NCBI GenBank assembly: GCA_049599475.1
Contig: JBMYOQ010000007.1
Span: forward strand, 1-64,000
DNA length: 64,000 nt
Source: Opitutales bacterium
GTDB lineage: Bacteria; Verrucomicrobiota; Verrucomicrobiia; Opitutales; JABSRG01
Direction: 5' to 3'
In this document: one piece after another, positions 32,228 through 42,051 of the stretch
How the letters are laid out: each line of letters opens with the position of its first letter
Position numbering within the stretch: the stretch's first letter is position 1
Position numbers and translations under genes: made by a program
Notes under the pieces: model-generated
What the model was told of the DNA's origin: nothing
The model's database searches: none
The model's input: only the letters and a program-made list of their open reading frames with translations

Positions 32228-33937
32228 TTCGGTAACCCGTGGTTTCACGGATGAGATCGCCTTCTTCAACACGGCAAGCTTTACGGGTTTTGAGATGAAG
32301 CCTTTCATGCCGACCTCGCGGCATGCCACTTGGTTGGCCGGTGTGACGGCTGCAGTGATCGCAATGATGGTAGGGCGGTCGTCTGGATTGATGCTTTTTT
32401 CGAAAATCGCTTTGGCTGCTTCAATACCACTCAGATTCGGCATATTCAAATCCATGAAAATGATGTCATAGCGCTCCTTGCTGGCCATTTCGAGAGCCTC
32501 GCTCCCGTCTTCCGCTAGGTCCGATGTGTGGCCTAGACGTTTCAGCATCATGGAAATGACCTTTTGGTTAATCTTATCATCTTCCGCGATCAGAATCTTC
32601 AAGGTGCCGGTCTGGTAAGGTGCTCGGGTAACGCCATCGACCTCGTTGGCTTGGAAGGGCGCTTGAGTTGCAGCATTGATACGCTGTGGGCTTTTCGCGC
32701 GTCGGAGGGAATCGACTATCTTGGAAGGCCGGATGGGGCGGTGGATCTTGGGAACCTGCGAAAATACCGGATCCTTCGTAAATTTACTGTAGGTTGCTTC
32801 ATTGCCTAGGATCACAGTGGGCGTTTCACAGTGTTTGAGCTTTTCGCCCCACTTGTGTTGTTTGTCTGAAGGGCGATCGATCCATCCTGTGTCGAAAAGC
32901 AATACGGTATTGGGCTTCGCAGGAGATACGAGTGTCTCGGCCAGAGCCACTTCCTCGGAGACCCAGGTGAGCTCAATTTCGCTTCGCTCAAAATACTGGC
33001 TGAGGCTTCTCCCTAAGCTGGTACTGAATGTTGCGAGGATGACTGAGGGCGGAGCCGTAAACGGAGTCGGTGTCGTTCGTTTCTCGGGGATTTGCTTAGC
33101 CTCTAGGTTGAAAAAGGGTGCGGTGAATGTGAAGGTGGAGCCCTCGTATTCCTTGCTCTCGGCCTCCAAGCGCCCCCCGATCAATTTACAGACTTTTTGG
33201 CTGATGTAGAGTCCAAACCCACCAAACAGGAAATCCTCTTTGTTGAACGCGTCGGGATCTATGGGGCTGAAAATGCGGGAAAGATGATCTTCAGAAATAC
33301 CGATGCCGGTATCTTTAATCTCGAATAGAAGATGCTGGTTTTCGGATCCTTCATTCTTCTGGGGCGCCACGCGAATTTGGATTTCACCGCTGCGTGTGTA
33401 TTTCGCAGCATTGGAAACGAGGTTTCCAAGGATAAGGCGTATGTGCGATGTGTCTGCTGCGACCGCGGTCGGTAACTCGGGATCGATGAAGAACGTTACC
33501 TCGATTGGTTTTGAGGCCAACATATCTGTCTTATCCTCGATCGTTTCTTCGATGACTTGGGAAATATTAAAACTGCTGATTTCGGACGCTTCGGAGCCCG
33601 TCTCAATACGCGAGTAGTACTGAATGTCTTTGATCAAGCTCAGTAGGTTGTCGCCCGCCAAACGGATCATTTTGACGTTTTCCTTCTGTTGTGAGTTGAG
33701 CTTGGAATCCTCCAAGACAGAAGAGAGCCCGACGATGGAATTGAGCGGCGTACGCATTTCATTCGTTGTCCGAATGAGTAGGCTTTGCAGCGGGTATGTC
33801 TGAGGAGGCGACTCTGTGGTCTTTTCGACGCTTTCGGATTTATCAGACGAATCGGCGGTGTTTCGGCGTGTGAGGAGCACGCCGATAGTGAGGCCGATTA
33901 GGGCCACCAAAAGATAGCTTAAAGTCGAGATGATCAT
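32219..33937 (-). CDS. Hybrid sensor histidine kinase-like protein (H-box His replaced by Asn) with C-terminal receiver
   Basis: One N-terminal TM; TTNEMRTPLNSIVG; NLVSNAAKYT; DTGIGIS; receiver ILIAEDD...FMDLNMP...SKP. Confidence 0.85.
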   Translation of the reverse strand: MIISTLSYLLVALIGLTIGVLLTRRNTADSSDKSESVEKTTESPPQTYPLQSLLIRTTNEMRTPLNSIVGLSSVLEDSKLNSQQKENVKMIRLAGDNLLSLIKDIQYYSRIETGSEASEISSFNISQVIEETIEDKTDMLASKPIEVTFFIDPELPTAVAADTSHIRLILGNLVSNAAKYTRSGEIQIRVAPQKNEGSENQHLLFEIKDTGIGISEDHLSRIFSPIDPDAFNKEDFLFGGFGLYISQKVCKLIGGRLEAESKEYEGSTFTFTAPFFNLEAKQIPEKRTTPTPFTAPPSVILATFSTSLGRSLSQYFERSEIELTWVSEEVALAETLVSPAKPNTVLLFDTGWIDRPSDKQHKWGEKLKHCETPTVILGNEATYSKFTKDPVFSQVPKIHRPIRPSKIVDSLRRAKSPQRINAATQAPFQANEVDGVTRAPYQTGTLKILIAEDDKINQKVISMMLKRLGHTSDLAEDGSEALEMASKERYDIIFMDLNMPNLSGIEAAKAIFEKSINPDDRPTIIAITAAVTPANQVACREVGMKGFISKPVKLAVLKKAISSVKPRVTELA

Positions 33938-34188
33938 TGTTGAATTCTTAAACTTAGCCAAAGCCCGTTAGGGCCCTGGTGGGATTGCATACTGGTTCCA
34001 CAATTCGGCGATACCTTGCTTGCCTGAAGGCTAGTTCGACTAAAGTCGCGATATGATGTGATTTTTGTTCGTATGGATGTGGGATTTTCTGGTAACTCCG
34101 ATGAACTCTTAGATCTTCTGAGAGTCTCTTCGACCTGTTCGCACACTTTTTAATCACATCTCAGGACCCATGGATCCTGGATTCTTGT

Positions 34189-34791
34189 ATGAAAGAACTT
34201 TTAGAAAACGCTGGAATATTCGCCTGGCCTCTGGGTGTTTGCTCTATCTTGGCTTTGACAATAATCGTCGATCGCTTGATCGCCCTTCGTTCAGGGAAGG
34301 TGATGCCGGAGAAACTGGTGCAGCACTTTATCAAAGGAGATATCGAAAACATAGATTCTGATAGCAAGTCTGCCGGGGGGCGTGTGTTGGAATTTTTCAG
34401 GAGTGCAAACCCGGATGCAGAGGGGATCAAAGCCTACGCTCGCCTTGAGGTAGCGCGCATGGAGCGCGGGCTCTTTATTCTCGATATCGTGATCGCCGCA
34501 GCCCCTTTGCTGGGTCTACTAGGTACTGTAACGGGCCTTGTTACGGTATTCGAGAACGTGTCGGCGGAGACCGGCCTGCCGGATCCCTCGGGGTTTATTG
34601 AAGGCGTAGCGCTGGCCCTGACTACCACAATCCTCGGACTCGCGGTGGCGATTCCCGCGCTTGTGGGGAACTCATATCTACATCGCCGAATTGATATTCT
34701 GGCCGCGCGCTTGGAAGTGGCGGTGGAGCGATTGATCGATATCTCGAATCGCCGAACGCAGGTATCAACCGCTAAGGGATCCCAGGAATGA
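34189..34791 (+). CDS. exbB: MotA/TolQ/ExbB proton channel family protein
   Basis: APLLGLLGTVTGL, ALALTTTILGLAVAIPA. Confidence 0.9.
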   Translation: MKELLENAGIFAWPLGVCSILALTIIVDRLIALRSGKVMPEKLVQHFIKGDIENIDSDSKSAGGRVLEFFRSANPDAEGIKAYARLEVARMERGLFILDIVIAAAPLLGLLGTVTGLVTVFENVSAETGLPDPSGFIEGVALALTTTILGLAVAIPALVGNSYLHRRIDILAARLEVAVERLIDISNRRTQVSTAKGSQE

Positions 34792-35195
34792 GTTTGGAGA
34801 CTTCACTACGCCGACGCCGCCGGAATCGGGATCAGATCAATCTGGTGCCGATGGTGGATGTGTTGATGGTCCTGCTGTTTTTCTTCCTGATATCGATGCA
34901 GCTAGGAGATCTCAGAGCCATAAATATCACGTTGCCCAAGATCGAGACTGCGGGTGAAAACGCCGTGGCCGACACTATGATAATCCAGATGAATTTGGAG
35001 GGTGAGATCTTTCTGAATAACGAGCCGATAACCGAGGACGTCCTCGTTGCCGCCGTTAAGGCTCAAGCTTCAGTGCAGCCAGATACTCCAGTTCTCATGG
35101 CGATGGACGAAGGTATAACGATCAAGGATATGACGCGGATTATCGATATCTGCCGCTCGAATGGCCTGCAGAGAGTGAGACTTCAATCTCAGTAG
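34788..35195 (+). CDS. exbD: ExbD/TolR family protein
   Basis: INLVPMVDVLMVLLFFFLI; ATGA overlap with exbB. Confidence 0.9.
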   Translation: MSLETSLRRRRRNRDQINLVPMVDVLMVLLFFFLISMQLGDLRAINITLPKIETAGENAVADTMIIQMNLEGEIFLNNEPITEDVLVAAVKAQASVQPDTPVLMAMDEGITIKDMTRIIDICRSNGLQRVRLQSQ

Positions 35196-35227
35196 AGTAG
35201 ATTCTACAGATCTGATGTAGCTTTCGC

Positions 35228-35254
35228 TCAAGCTCGTGGGTTTTTGGGCGAATT
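35228..35254 (+). promoter_or_regulatory. Candidate sigma28 promoter
   Basis: TCAAG-N14-GGCGAATT, 22 bp before ATG 35277. Confidence 0.4.
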
Positions 35255-35276
35255 CTGTCGATGGATAACTCTATTC

Positions 35277-35852
35277 ATGCGACAAGCCCTGCCCATATTT
35301 CTCACCATTCCCCTGTTTTTCGGGGCTGCGAAATTGTGCGCTCATCCGGGGCACGATGCGCGCTCGCCCATGGCGTGGCTAGGCTTAGGAAAGCATAGCG
35401 ACGATTATCCAGATAAGCATCAAGGCTACCTCGAGGTCGCTCAACCAATGGGGCTGCGATTTAGCAAGACACCCGTTCGCTTCGATCGAGCACGCTTGAT
35501 TCCACTCAATTCGATTGTTCGGGTCGTTGAAATGCCCGAACCTGAGCCGGTTGATTTGCTGCCTCCACCTCCACCCATTGAAGAAGAGGAGGAAATCGAA
35601 ATCCTGATATCTGAGCCTGAAGAGGTGGAGGTCGACAACATGCCCGAGCCGATCGTCCAAGAGGATATCAATTCGATGTATAACGAGGCCGGTATGCTGA
35701 ACCCGGATGATATCTTACTCTATTTACGCGATTTCGAACCTGAAAGTTCGGGTCCGGACAATAGCCAGGAGGCTGGCGGCGCATTCCGCTTCCAGCTACC
35801 AGGAAATACGCCTCCATTACGCGGCGAAGCTACCTTTGAGCGCACACCCTAA
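35277..35852 (+). CDS. Exported Pro/Glu-rich hypothetical protein
   Basis: Signal peptide; PEPEP...PPPPPIEEEEE segment; no recognisable TonB C-terminal domain. Confidence 0.6.
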   Translation: MRQALPIFLTIPLFFGAAKLCAHPGHDARSPMAWLGLGKHSDDYPDKHQGYLEVAQPMGLRFSKTPVRFDRARLIPLNSIVRVVEMPEPEPVDLLPPPPPIEEEEEIEILISEPEEVEVDNMPEPIVQEDINSMYNEAGMLNPDDILLYLRDFEPESSGPDNSQEAGGAFRFQLPGNTPPLRGEATFERTP

Positions 35853-35880
35853 GGCGTATTAACCCAGCCACGATCTCCCC

Positions 35881-37410
35881 ATGATACTTTGCCCACACAT
35901 TAGAATTTGCTTACTCGCACTGTCGTCGGTGTTGTCCACATCGCTTGTGTGGTCGCAAGATTCTCAATCGCAAACCCCGCGGAGTTTTCCGATGAATACG
36001 GTAAAAGACGGGGATGCTACGGAGCTTGAAGCCGGAACTCGTGAGGGGGCCGCTGCATCGTCGGATGAGCTGTCTCCCTATGAGCGCGGATTGCCCAGCA
36101 CCTACGAAAAGCGCGAGGGTGAAAACCCAGATGAGGCTCACGAGATGGTTGAGAACTGGGATGCAGAACATGCCGGAAATGCGTCGGTAGAGGAGGCTGC
36201 GGATGAGTACGAGGCCATGCACACAGGACTCGTGCACCACTACAGTAGCGCACAGGCCAAGGTGGAATTTGAACGTAGAATGCGTCAGGCTGAAGTCGCT
36301 ACAGTGACTCGAGATTTCGATCTCGCTGAGGCCATTTATACATCCATTTTGAAGGAGTTACCCTTGGACGATGAACAGCGGCGTGAAGCCATGTTGGACT
36401 TGGCGACACTTTGTAAATCTCACCGGAAGTATGGACGCATTGTCGTGGTTTATGAAAAGTTCCTGGATCAATTTCCTAGAGACCCCGAGGTGGCTACAAT
36501 CTCTATGGACTTGGGCTTGATCTACCGCTCAATGGGCGCATTTGAGTCGGCGTTGAGGAAATTCTATTCGGTGTTAAACCTCTCATTACTTCTGCCCAAA
36601 GAGCGAATTGATGCCTATCGAGATATATCGACCCGTGCGCAGATCGAGATCGCAGAAACTCATTTTCTCATGGGAGATTACGACCAGGCGGCACGCTTTT
36701 ACGAGCGTCTCTTGCGCCTCGAGTTATCCCCTCAAGAGCGGGCATCTGTTACCTTCCAGTTTGGTTATACGCACTTTTTGAACGACGATTTCCAGAGCAC
36801 AGTTTCCGTACTCAGAGACTACGCGGCGATGTTTCCAGGAGATGAGAAGATCCCGGAATCCCATTATTTATTGGCCGAGGCTTATCGAAGCCTCAATCAA
36901 ATGCAATCCGCCATGCAAGAGGTGTTGACGCTCCTGAAGACAAACGAGGTCGTAGGGGCGCAGAATCCAGCCCTGTGGCTATTCTGGAAGCAGAAGACCG
37001 GGAACCAGCTCGCCAACGCTTTCTATGAACGCGGGGATCACCTCAACGCCTTGAAGATTTACCAAGCGATGACTCCGCTGACTTCTTCGGTCACTTGGCA
37101 GGGCCCCATTATTTACCAAATCGGCCTTTGTTTTGAGCGTCTACGGATGGTGCCTAAGGCGATTGAGGCGTATAACATGTTGGACACTATGGACCAGTGG
37201 GCTGAAGAGGTCGCAAAGATGGAGAAGATGCCGGACGATTTGGCCTTTGTGCAAGAGATGGCGCGTTGGCGGAAAAGCCATCTCGAGTGGAGCCTCGATC
37301 GGGATGGTAAGCTCAATGATTTGTTCAATCGGTCGATCCTCAAAGAACCGGTCACTGAGACCTCTTCTGTGCAACCCGCAGTTGCTCCTCAAGAGCCACA
37401 GTCCTCTTAA
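35881..37410 (+). CDS. Exported tetratricopeptide repeat protein
   Basis: Signal peptide; multiple TPR-like helix pairs (YEKFLDQFPRDP, YLLAEAYRSL, YQIGLCFERL). Confidence 0.8.
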   Translation: MILCPHIRICLLALSSVLSTSLVWSQDSQSQTPRSFPMNTVKDGDATELEAGTREGAAASSDELSPYERGLPSTYEKREGENPDEAHEMVENWDAEHAGNASVEEAADEYEAMHTGLVHHYSSAQAKVEFERRMRQAEVATVTRDFDLAEAIYTSILKELPLDDEQRREAMLDLATLCKSHRKYGRIVVVYEKFLDQFPRDPEVATISMDLGLIYRSMGAFESALRKFYSVLNLSLLLPKERIDAYRDISTRAQIEIAETHFLMGDYDQAARFYERLLRLELSPQERASVTFQFGYTHFLNDDFQSTVSVLRDYAAMFPGDEKIPESHYLLAEAYRSLNQMQSAMQEVLTLLKTNEVVGAQNPALWLFWKQKTGNQLANAFYERGDHLNALKIYQAMTPLTSSVTWQGPIIYQIGLCFERLRMVPKAIEAYNMLDTMDQWAEEVAKMEKMPDDLAFVQEMARWRKSHLEWSLDRDGKLNDLFNRSILKEPVTETSSVQPAVAPQEPQSS

Positions 37411-37429
37411 ATTTTCTCGACCACCTATT

Positions 37430-37813
37430 ATGAATACAACCACGATTCTCGAACATCACCTCGAATTGAGTGAGCAGGTTCACCAGCTCTTACTGGAGGA
37501 AAATACTTTGCTCAAACAAGAGGGCGCGCTCCCCGATTCTAGCTTTTTAGAGCGTAAGCGGTCGCTCCTAGATGAGTTGTCGCATTCGCTCGACGCCGTG
37601 AAAAACATGCGCAGCACCCAAAGCGTATTCTCCGATAGTGAGAAAGAAATGATCCGGACTGCTCAAAACCGTACGATGCAAGGCCTCTATCTCGACCGTG
37701 AGAATGAGCAGCTCTTGCTCAAACACTCGGTGAGTGCGCCGTCGCCAGAGATGAAGCGGACCGTGACGGAAGATCGCTTGAAGGCCGCCTACGGCAAGAA
37801 GTCTGGTTTTTAG
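37430..37813 (+). CDS. FlgN-like flagellar export chaperone
   Basis: Likely start MNTTT at 37430; 127-aa helical protein with LLLEENTLLK, RKRSLLDEL, LDRENEQLL and terminal AYG. Confidence 0.5.
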   Translation: MNTTTILEHHLELSEQVHQLLLEENTLLKQEGALPDSSFLERKRSLLDELSHSLDAVKNMRSTQSVFSDSEKEMIRTAQNRTMQGLYLDRENEQLLLKHSVSAPSPEMKRTVTEDRLKAAYGKKSGF

Positions 37814-37862
37814 GAAAAACCGGCCTCAGAGCTGATTTTTTGAAAAAAAAGTCGGCCAAAGC

Positions 37863-37889
37863 TAAAGTTCGTGAGCAAGGCAGCGACTT
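37863..37889 (+). promoter_or_regulatory. Candidate sigma28 promoter for the flagellin-like gene
   Basis: TAAAGTTC-N11-AGCGACTT. Confidence 0.35.
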
Positions 37890-38153
37890 ACGAAAGTGAC
37901 CCAATATATTCGTATCACTTATTCGTATCAATCATGTTCCTCTGGTCGGCACATTCAAAATGCTTCGAAATTTCCCTGAAGCTTCTTCGGAGAAAAATCG
38001 GTTCATTTCTGAGAAACGATTCCATTGTTGCTACCTGCGTTAGCAGCGATCGCTACTTGGCAAGGAAGCCAGTAGTGCAAGTCGCGACTCATAGGATGGC
38101 TCGATCAGCCCAAACGGTCGTCAGAAGATATTAAACTTACACCTTCTCAGTCT

Positions 38154-38912
38154 ATGTCATTCGAAATTGGCCCAAATCTACACGGGTTCCAAAATCCGTC
38201 CTATCTCAGGGAGGGGCAGGACAAAGCCATAAATAGGGGCAAAGCCCAAGCCCAATCCTCAGAACCAAGCAAAGCCACAGAAAATACCGCTGAGGCTGCT
38301 AAGACGTCTGCATCTGAAATTGAAACTCAGAGCCCGAAAGCGCGCATGAATGCGATCGCTAACCGAGCTTTCGAGAGTCAAAGCATTCAGGAAGAAGTCT
38401 CATTGTTGCAAACCCAGAACGCTGCTTTAGAAGAGGCCCTAGGGGTCCTCGAAAAGCTCGATTCTTTGGTGTCTAACTCAGATGAAGCCTCCGATATCAC
38501 TGAGGCATTCGGCGAGTTAAAGACGTCGCTAGAGTCCATCACAGACGCGTCTTTTAATAATCAGGCCCTCTTTAATGGTGGCGACGACGCAGGTGCGGTG
38601 CCTTTTAACCGGAGCATCCGCAGCTACGGCATATCGCGCCAGGATGTGAAGGAAGCTTTAGATCCCATCATCACCACCGAGGCACTGCAGAATCTTAACC
38701 CCGCATCGGTGAGATCAGCATCGAATGTTCTCAGCGAGATGGCGGGACGTGCCGGTGCCGCTGAATCGCAGATAACCGCAAATGCTATGGCAGTCATTAC
38801 CCAAGGGGATGCTATCGATCTAGGTGCCTTGTCTGGGCGTGTGCGGGAACAGCTCAACGATCAGATTCATGGAAATATCCAACCTGGAAATATTCCGCGG
38901 CTGATCAACTAG
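38154..38912 (+). CDS. Degenerate flagellin-like protein
   Basis: SIQEEVSLLQTQNAALEEALGVLEKL...FGELKTSLESITDASFNNQALFNG resembles the flagellin N-terminal D1 region. Confidence 0.55.
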   Translation: MSFEIGPNLHGFQNPSYLREGQDKAINRGKAQAQSSEPSKATENTAEAAKTSASEIETQSPKARMNAIANRAFESQSIQEEVSLLQTQNAALEEALGVLEKLDSLVSNSDEASDITEAFGELKTSLESITDASFNNQALFNGGDDAGAVPFNRSIRSYGISRQDVKEALDPIITTEALQNLNPASVRSASNVLSEMAGRAGAAESQITANAMAVITQGDAIDLGALSGRVREQLNDQIHGNIQPGNIPRLIN

Positions 38913-38938
38913 AGTCGGATTCAGTCAAGCGGGTGGTC

Positions 38939-38965
38939 TCAAGCCCCAGCACAATCAGCCGATTC
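38939..38965 (+). promoter_or_regulatory. Candidate sigma28 promoter (nearly leaderless)
   Basis: TCAAG-N14-GCCGATTC ending 7 bp before ATG 38973. Confidence 0.55.
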
Positions 38966-38972
38966 ATTATTT

Positions 38973-39539
38973 ATGAGCGAGTTCAATATTCGAGATTTGT
39001 TGGATACACCGCAACCTCCGGTTAAGGTGACTCCGCTGCAATTTCTTCGTGTGTTTGAGCTTGAATGGCTGAAGGAGCTCTCGCGCGTAGAAGACTTTAA
39101 GAAGCGTAATTTTGCGACTCAGCGGATGGCTAACTTCCGTGAGAACATGGCCACTTTGCAGATTTGGGAAACCATTGAAAACGAGGAGGAAATTCACACA
39201 GATTTAGTCTCTACGGTGGAAGCTCAGTTGATTCCTCAAAAAAATGAACTCTATGCGATCCAGTATGTGCTTTGGCACCTGCCCACAGATCGCTCACGGC
39301 GTTTTTTGAGTATCCTCAGTGAATTGGATTATTTGCCAAGCGAAGCTGCACGAGCGGCTGTTATTTTAAACGGTCTCTTAGATGATGAGTACCGTCCATC
39401 TTTGGACATTTCGGAGCTCGCGGATGCCTCGGTTAAGAGCAAGCGAGGTCGATCCATCACCCGGGAGATGCGTGAAGAGTCGGGAGGTGCCATGTCGACG
39501 CGCCTCGCCGAAGAGATCATGGGATTAAAAAAGGAATAA
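38973..39539 (+). CDS. Hypothetical protein
   Basis: 188-aa ORF with plausible composition; no recognised motif. Confidence 0.65.
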   Translation: MSEFNIRDLLDTPQPPVKVTPLQFLRVFELEWLKELSRVEDFKKRNFATQRMANFRENMATLQIWETIENEEEIHTDLVSTVEAQLIPQKNELYAIQYVLWHLPTDRSRRFLSILSELDYLPSEAARAAVILNGLLDDEYRPSLDISELADASVKSKRGRSITREMREESGGAMSTRLAEEIMGLKKE

Positions 39540-39551
39540 TCGTAAAAAACT

Positions 39552-39839
39552 TTGATTCAAATGAAGACCGGAAGGCATTTGAATATTCGCATCGGTGAGG
39601 ATCCCGAAGAGCTCGCGAAGTTAACACGTCCACCGATTATTACGGAGGCAAAGAAGGCTCCCAAAGGAAACCCGTTTCTCGGCATTCATTTTGTCGATTG
39701 CCATGTTTACGGGCGGGTCTACAGGAATAGAGAAGGCACCCACTATGAAGGTGCATGCCCTAAGTGCCGGCGCTCGGTAAAAATTCGTATTGGTCCTAGT
39801 GGATCTACGACCCGCTCCTTCAAAGCGTTCTGCGATTAG
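39552..39839 (+). CDS. Small putative zinc-ribbon protein
   Basis: PFLGIHFVDCHVYGRVYRN...YEGACPKC...IRIGPSG; start may be 39561. Confidence 0.6.
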   Translation: MIQMKTGRHLNIRIGEDPEELAKLTRPPIITEAKKAPKGNPFLGIHFVDCHVYGRVYRNREGTHYEGACPKCRRSVKIRIGPSGSTTRSFKAFCD

Positions 39840-39850
39840 GCGGAAGCTTT

Positions 39851-40435
39851 TTACTGAGAAGGGTATTTGCGCGTCTTCAGCTCGTCGATTTGCGGCTTGA
39901 GCACCTTGTCATAATAGTCGGGCTCGATGCCATGCGAAAGCTGAATGTTCAGATGGCGGGCCATGAATTCTTCGATGGTTTGCCAACCCTCATCGGGGAT
40001 ATTGATCTTCTTTGTATACGCGCAGATCGTAAGGATATTCTCCAGGTTCTGCATGCGAGAAGTCGACTGTAGTATGCGATCGGCCACCTTTAATCGGATT
40101 CCGAGAGCGCTCCGGTCGAGAGGTTTTTTCAAAAAATCATCCACACCGCGTTCCATGGCATAGTGGTAATTACGCTCCTGGTCAGTATTAGCGGTGAGCA
40201 GTATGAAATAGGTGTAATCGGTGTTTGGGCGATTCCGGATCTTATCACAGAGCTCGAGGCCATCCATACCGGGCATCAGCCAGTCGCTCACCACGATGCG
40301 GCTAGGGTTTTCGTCAAACTGCTCCCAGGCACTCTCACCATCGTTGGCCGTGCTCACCTCGTAGCCAAGCTTTTGCAAGTGGCTTTGGAGTAGCTTTTGT
40401 GGGATCGGATTATCTTCGGCGATAAGAACGTTCAT
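39851..40435 (-). CDS. Response regulator with short C-terminal domain
   Basis: VLIAEDN, VSDWLMPGMDGLEL, FLKKP; C-terminal ICAYTKKI...W...LSHGIEPD. Confidence 0.9.
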   Translation of the reverse strand: MNVLIAEDNPIPQKLLQSHLQKLGYEVSTANDGESAWEQFDENPSRIVVSDWLMPGMDGLELCDKIRNRPNTDYTYFILLTANTDQERNYHYAMERGVDDFLKKPLDRSALGIRLKVADRILQSTSRMQNLENILTICAYTKKINIPDEGWQTIEEFMARHLNIQLSHGIEPDYYDKVLKPQIDELKTRKYPSQ

Positions 40436-40497
40436 AGGGTCTCTGAAAGTGTTCTCTAGTGTCTTAAACCGCAATATACGGCAAATTTTAGTCTAAC

Positions 40498-41037
40498 CTA
40501 ACGCTTGGGGCGAAATACCTCAATTTCTGAGGGGTTACATTCGATAACAGGGCCCTCAATGAGTTCAATACAATAGGGGATTGCGGGAAATACAGCCTCC
40601 AAGCATTCACCGATAGCTTTGGGTTTTCCTGGAAGGTTTACGATCAGACCTCTTCCGCGAATACCGGCAGTCTGGCGCGATAGAATCGCAGTGGGCACGT
40701 ATTTCAAAGAGGTTGCACGCATGAGTTCGCCAAAGCCTGGCATCATCTTTTGGCACACCGCCTCGGTGGCTTCAGGTGTGATATCGCGCGGGGAGGGGCC
40801 GGTGCCCCCTGTCGTCACGACGAGGGAGCAGTGCTCATCGTCGATAAACCGGATAAGGGTCTCTTCAATTTGATCCTGCTCATCTGGAATAACAGCATAG
40901 ACGGTCTCGAAGGGAGTGATAATCCACTTGCTGAGAAGGGCTACCGCTGCCTTGCCGGGAATATCTTCGTAGACTCCGGCGCTGGCGCGATCCGAGATGT
41001 TGATGACACCTATTCTTAGGGGAGATGGGGACTTCAT
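40498..41037 (-). CDS. mog: Molybdopterin adenylyltransferase
   Basis: ISDRASAGVYED, TTGGTGPSPRDITPEAT, PGFGELMR, TAILSRQTAGIR, NLPGKPKAI. Confidence 0.95.
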   Translation of the reverse strand: MKSPSPLRIGVINISDRASAGVYEDIPGKAAVALLSKWIITPFETVYAVIPDEQDQIEETLIRFIDDEHCSLVVTTGGTGPSPRDITPEATEAVCQKMMPGFGELMRATSLKYVPTAILSRQTAGIRGRGLIVNLPGKPKAIGECLEAVFPAIPYCIELIEGPVIECNPSEIEVFRPKR

Positions 41038-41043
41038 TACAGG

Positions 41044-41472
41044 TCAGGGGGTATCGAATTCGACAAAGGGTTTGGGCAATAGATCCCTTAAGAGCCAGAC
41101 TTTACTAATCCCTTGTGCGTTACCCGAGAATATTGGGGTCGTGGGTGAGCAAAACTCCGCCATCACCTGAAGACAAAGGGCGCACGGAACGGTCGCTGTG
41201 GGTTCCCCGGTCACGATAACGATACTCTCGATTTCAGGTTTCCCGAATTGGGCACAGGCGGCGAATATCGCGGTGCGCTCAGCGCACATCGTTGCCCCGT
41301 AGCTGGCATTCTCCACATTGCATCCCGGTATGATAGCTGCGCTTCCCTTTATGCGTATCGCAGCGCCGACTTTGAAGCCAGAGTAGGGGGTATACGCATT
41401 CTCTCGAGCTTTGATCGCGACACGCCAAGCTGCTTCTACCTCGGGCGAAATTTCTGTGGTATGGGTACTCAA
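41044..41472 (-). CDS. cdd: Cytidine deaminase (tetrameric type)
   Basis: AYTPYSGFKVGAA, GCNVENASYG, CAERTA, PCALC. Confidence 0.93.
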   Translation of the reverse strand: MSTHTTEISPEVEAAWRVAIKARENAYTPYSGFKVGAAIRIKGSAAIIPGCNVENASYGATMCAERTAIFAACAQFGKPEIESIVIVTGEPTATVPCALCLQVMAEFCSPTTPIFSGNAQGISKVWLLRDLLPKPFVEFDTP

Positions 41473-41481
41473 AAATGAAGC

Positions 41482-42051
41482 CTAGCGTTTAAGAAGAAAC
41501 CCGAAAACAGCGCCGCATCCCCCGCCAACGAGGTGAGCAAACTGGGATACGTTGTCGTCGTTTGCGATAGCTGCAAAAATTTCGCTGCCTCCGTATAGTA
41601 TCGCGACAAGAAGAAAGGTCATTGGAATGGCCCCAGAGCGCATGCCAGAGAGGCTGCTCAGTAGGATCATCATAAAGGCGATACCGCTGGCACCGAGGAG
41701 GCCTCCGCTAGCGAAGACCGAATGGAGGAGCCCAGTTATCAGGGCGGTGATCACTGTCATCCCCAGCATCCGGCCGCTACCATATTTTTCTTCAAGAATG
41801 GGGCCGACCAGAAGGATAATGGTAAAGTTGGAGGCGAAGTGAGCCCAGCTGCCATGACCAATGATGTGGCTGACCCACTGGAAGTAGGCTAGAGGACTGC
41901 TCCAGTCCATGGGCGCGTATACCGTAAACGCCAAGCGGCTTGATGCGCCATCTGTAATCGCCGCAACCACGGTCGCCACAAACACAATAAGGGTGAAAGT
42001 CAGCGTAAACGGTGCGTTGTAGGAAATTTGAATGTTCTTGGGGAACTGCAC
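41482..42051 (-). CDS. Rhomboid family intramembrane serine protease
   Basis: HGSWAHFASN, GASG, AHLVGG; multiple TMs. Confidence 0.88.
   Translation of the reverse strand: MQFPKNIQISYNAPFTLTFTLIVFVATVVAAITDGASSRLAFTVYAPMDWSSPLAYFQWVSHIIGHGSWAHFASNFTIILLVGPILEEKYGSGRMLGMTVITALITGLLHSVFASGGLLGASGIAFMMILLSSLSGMRSGAIPMTFLLVAILYGGSEIFAAIANDDNVSQFAHLVGGGCGAVFGFLLKR

Noticed and set aside
37133..37429. N-terminal extension of the 226-aa ORF
   Set aside because: Overlaps the TPR gene in another frame; the real start is most likely ATG 37430
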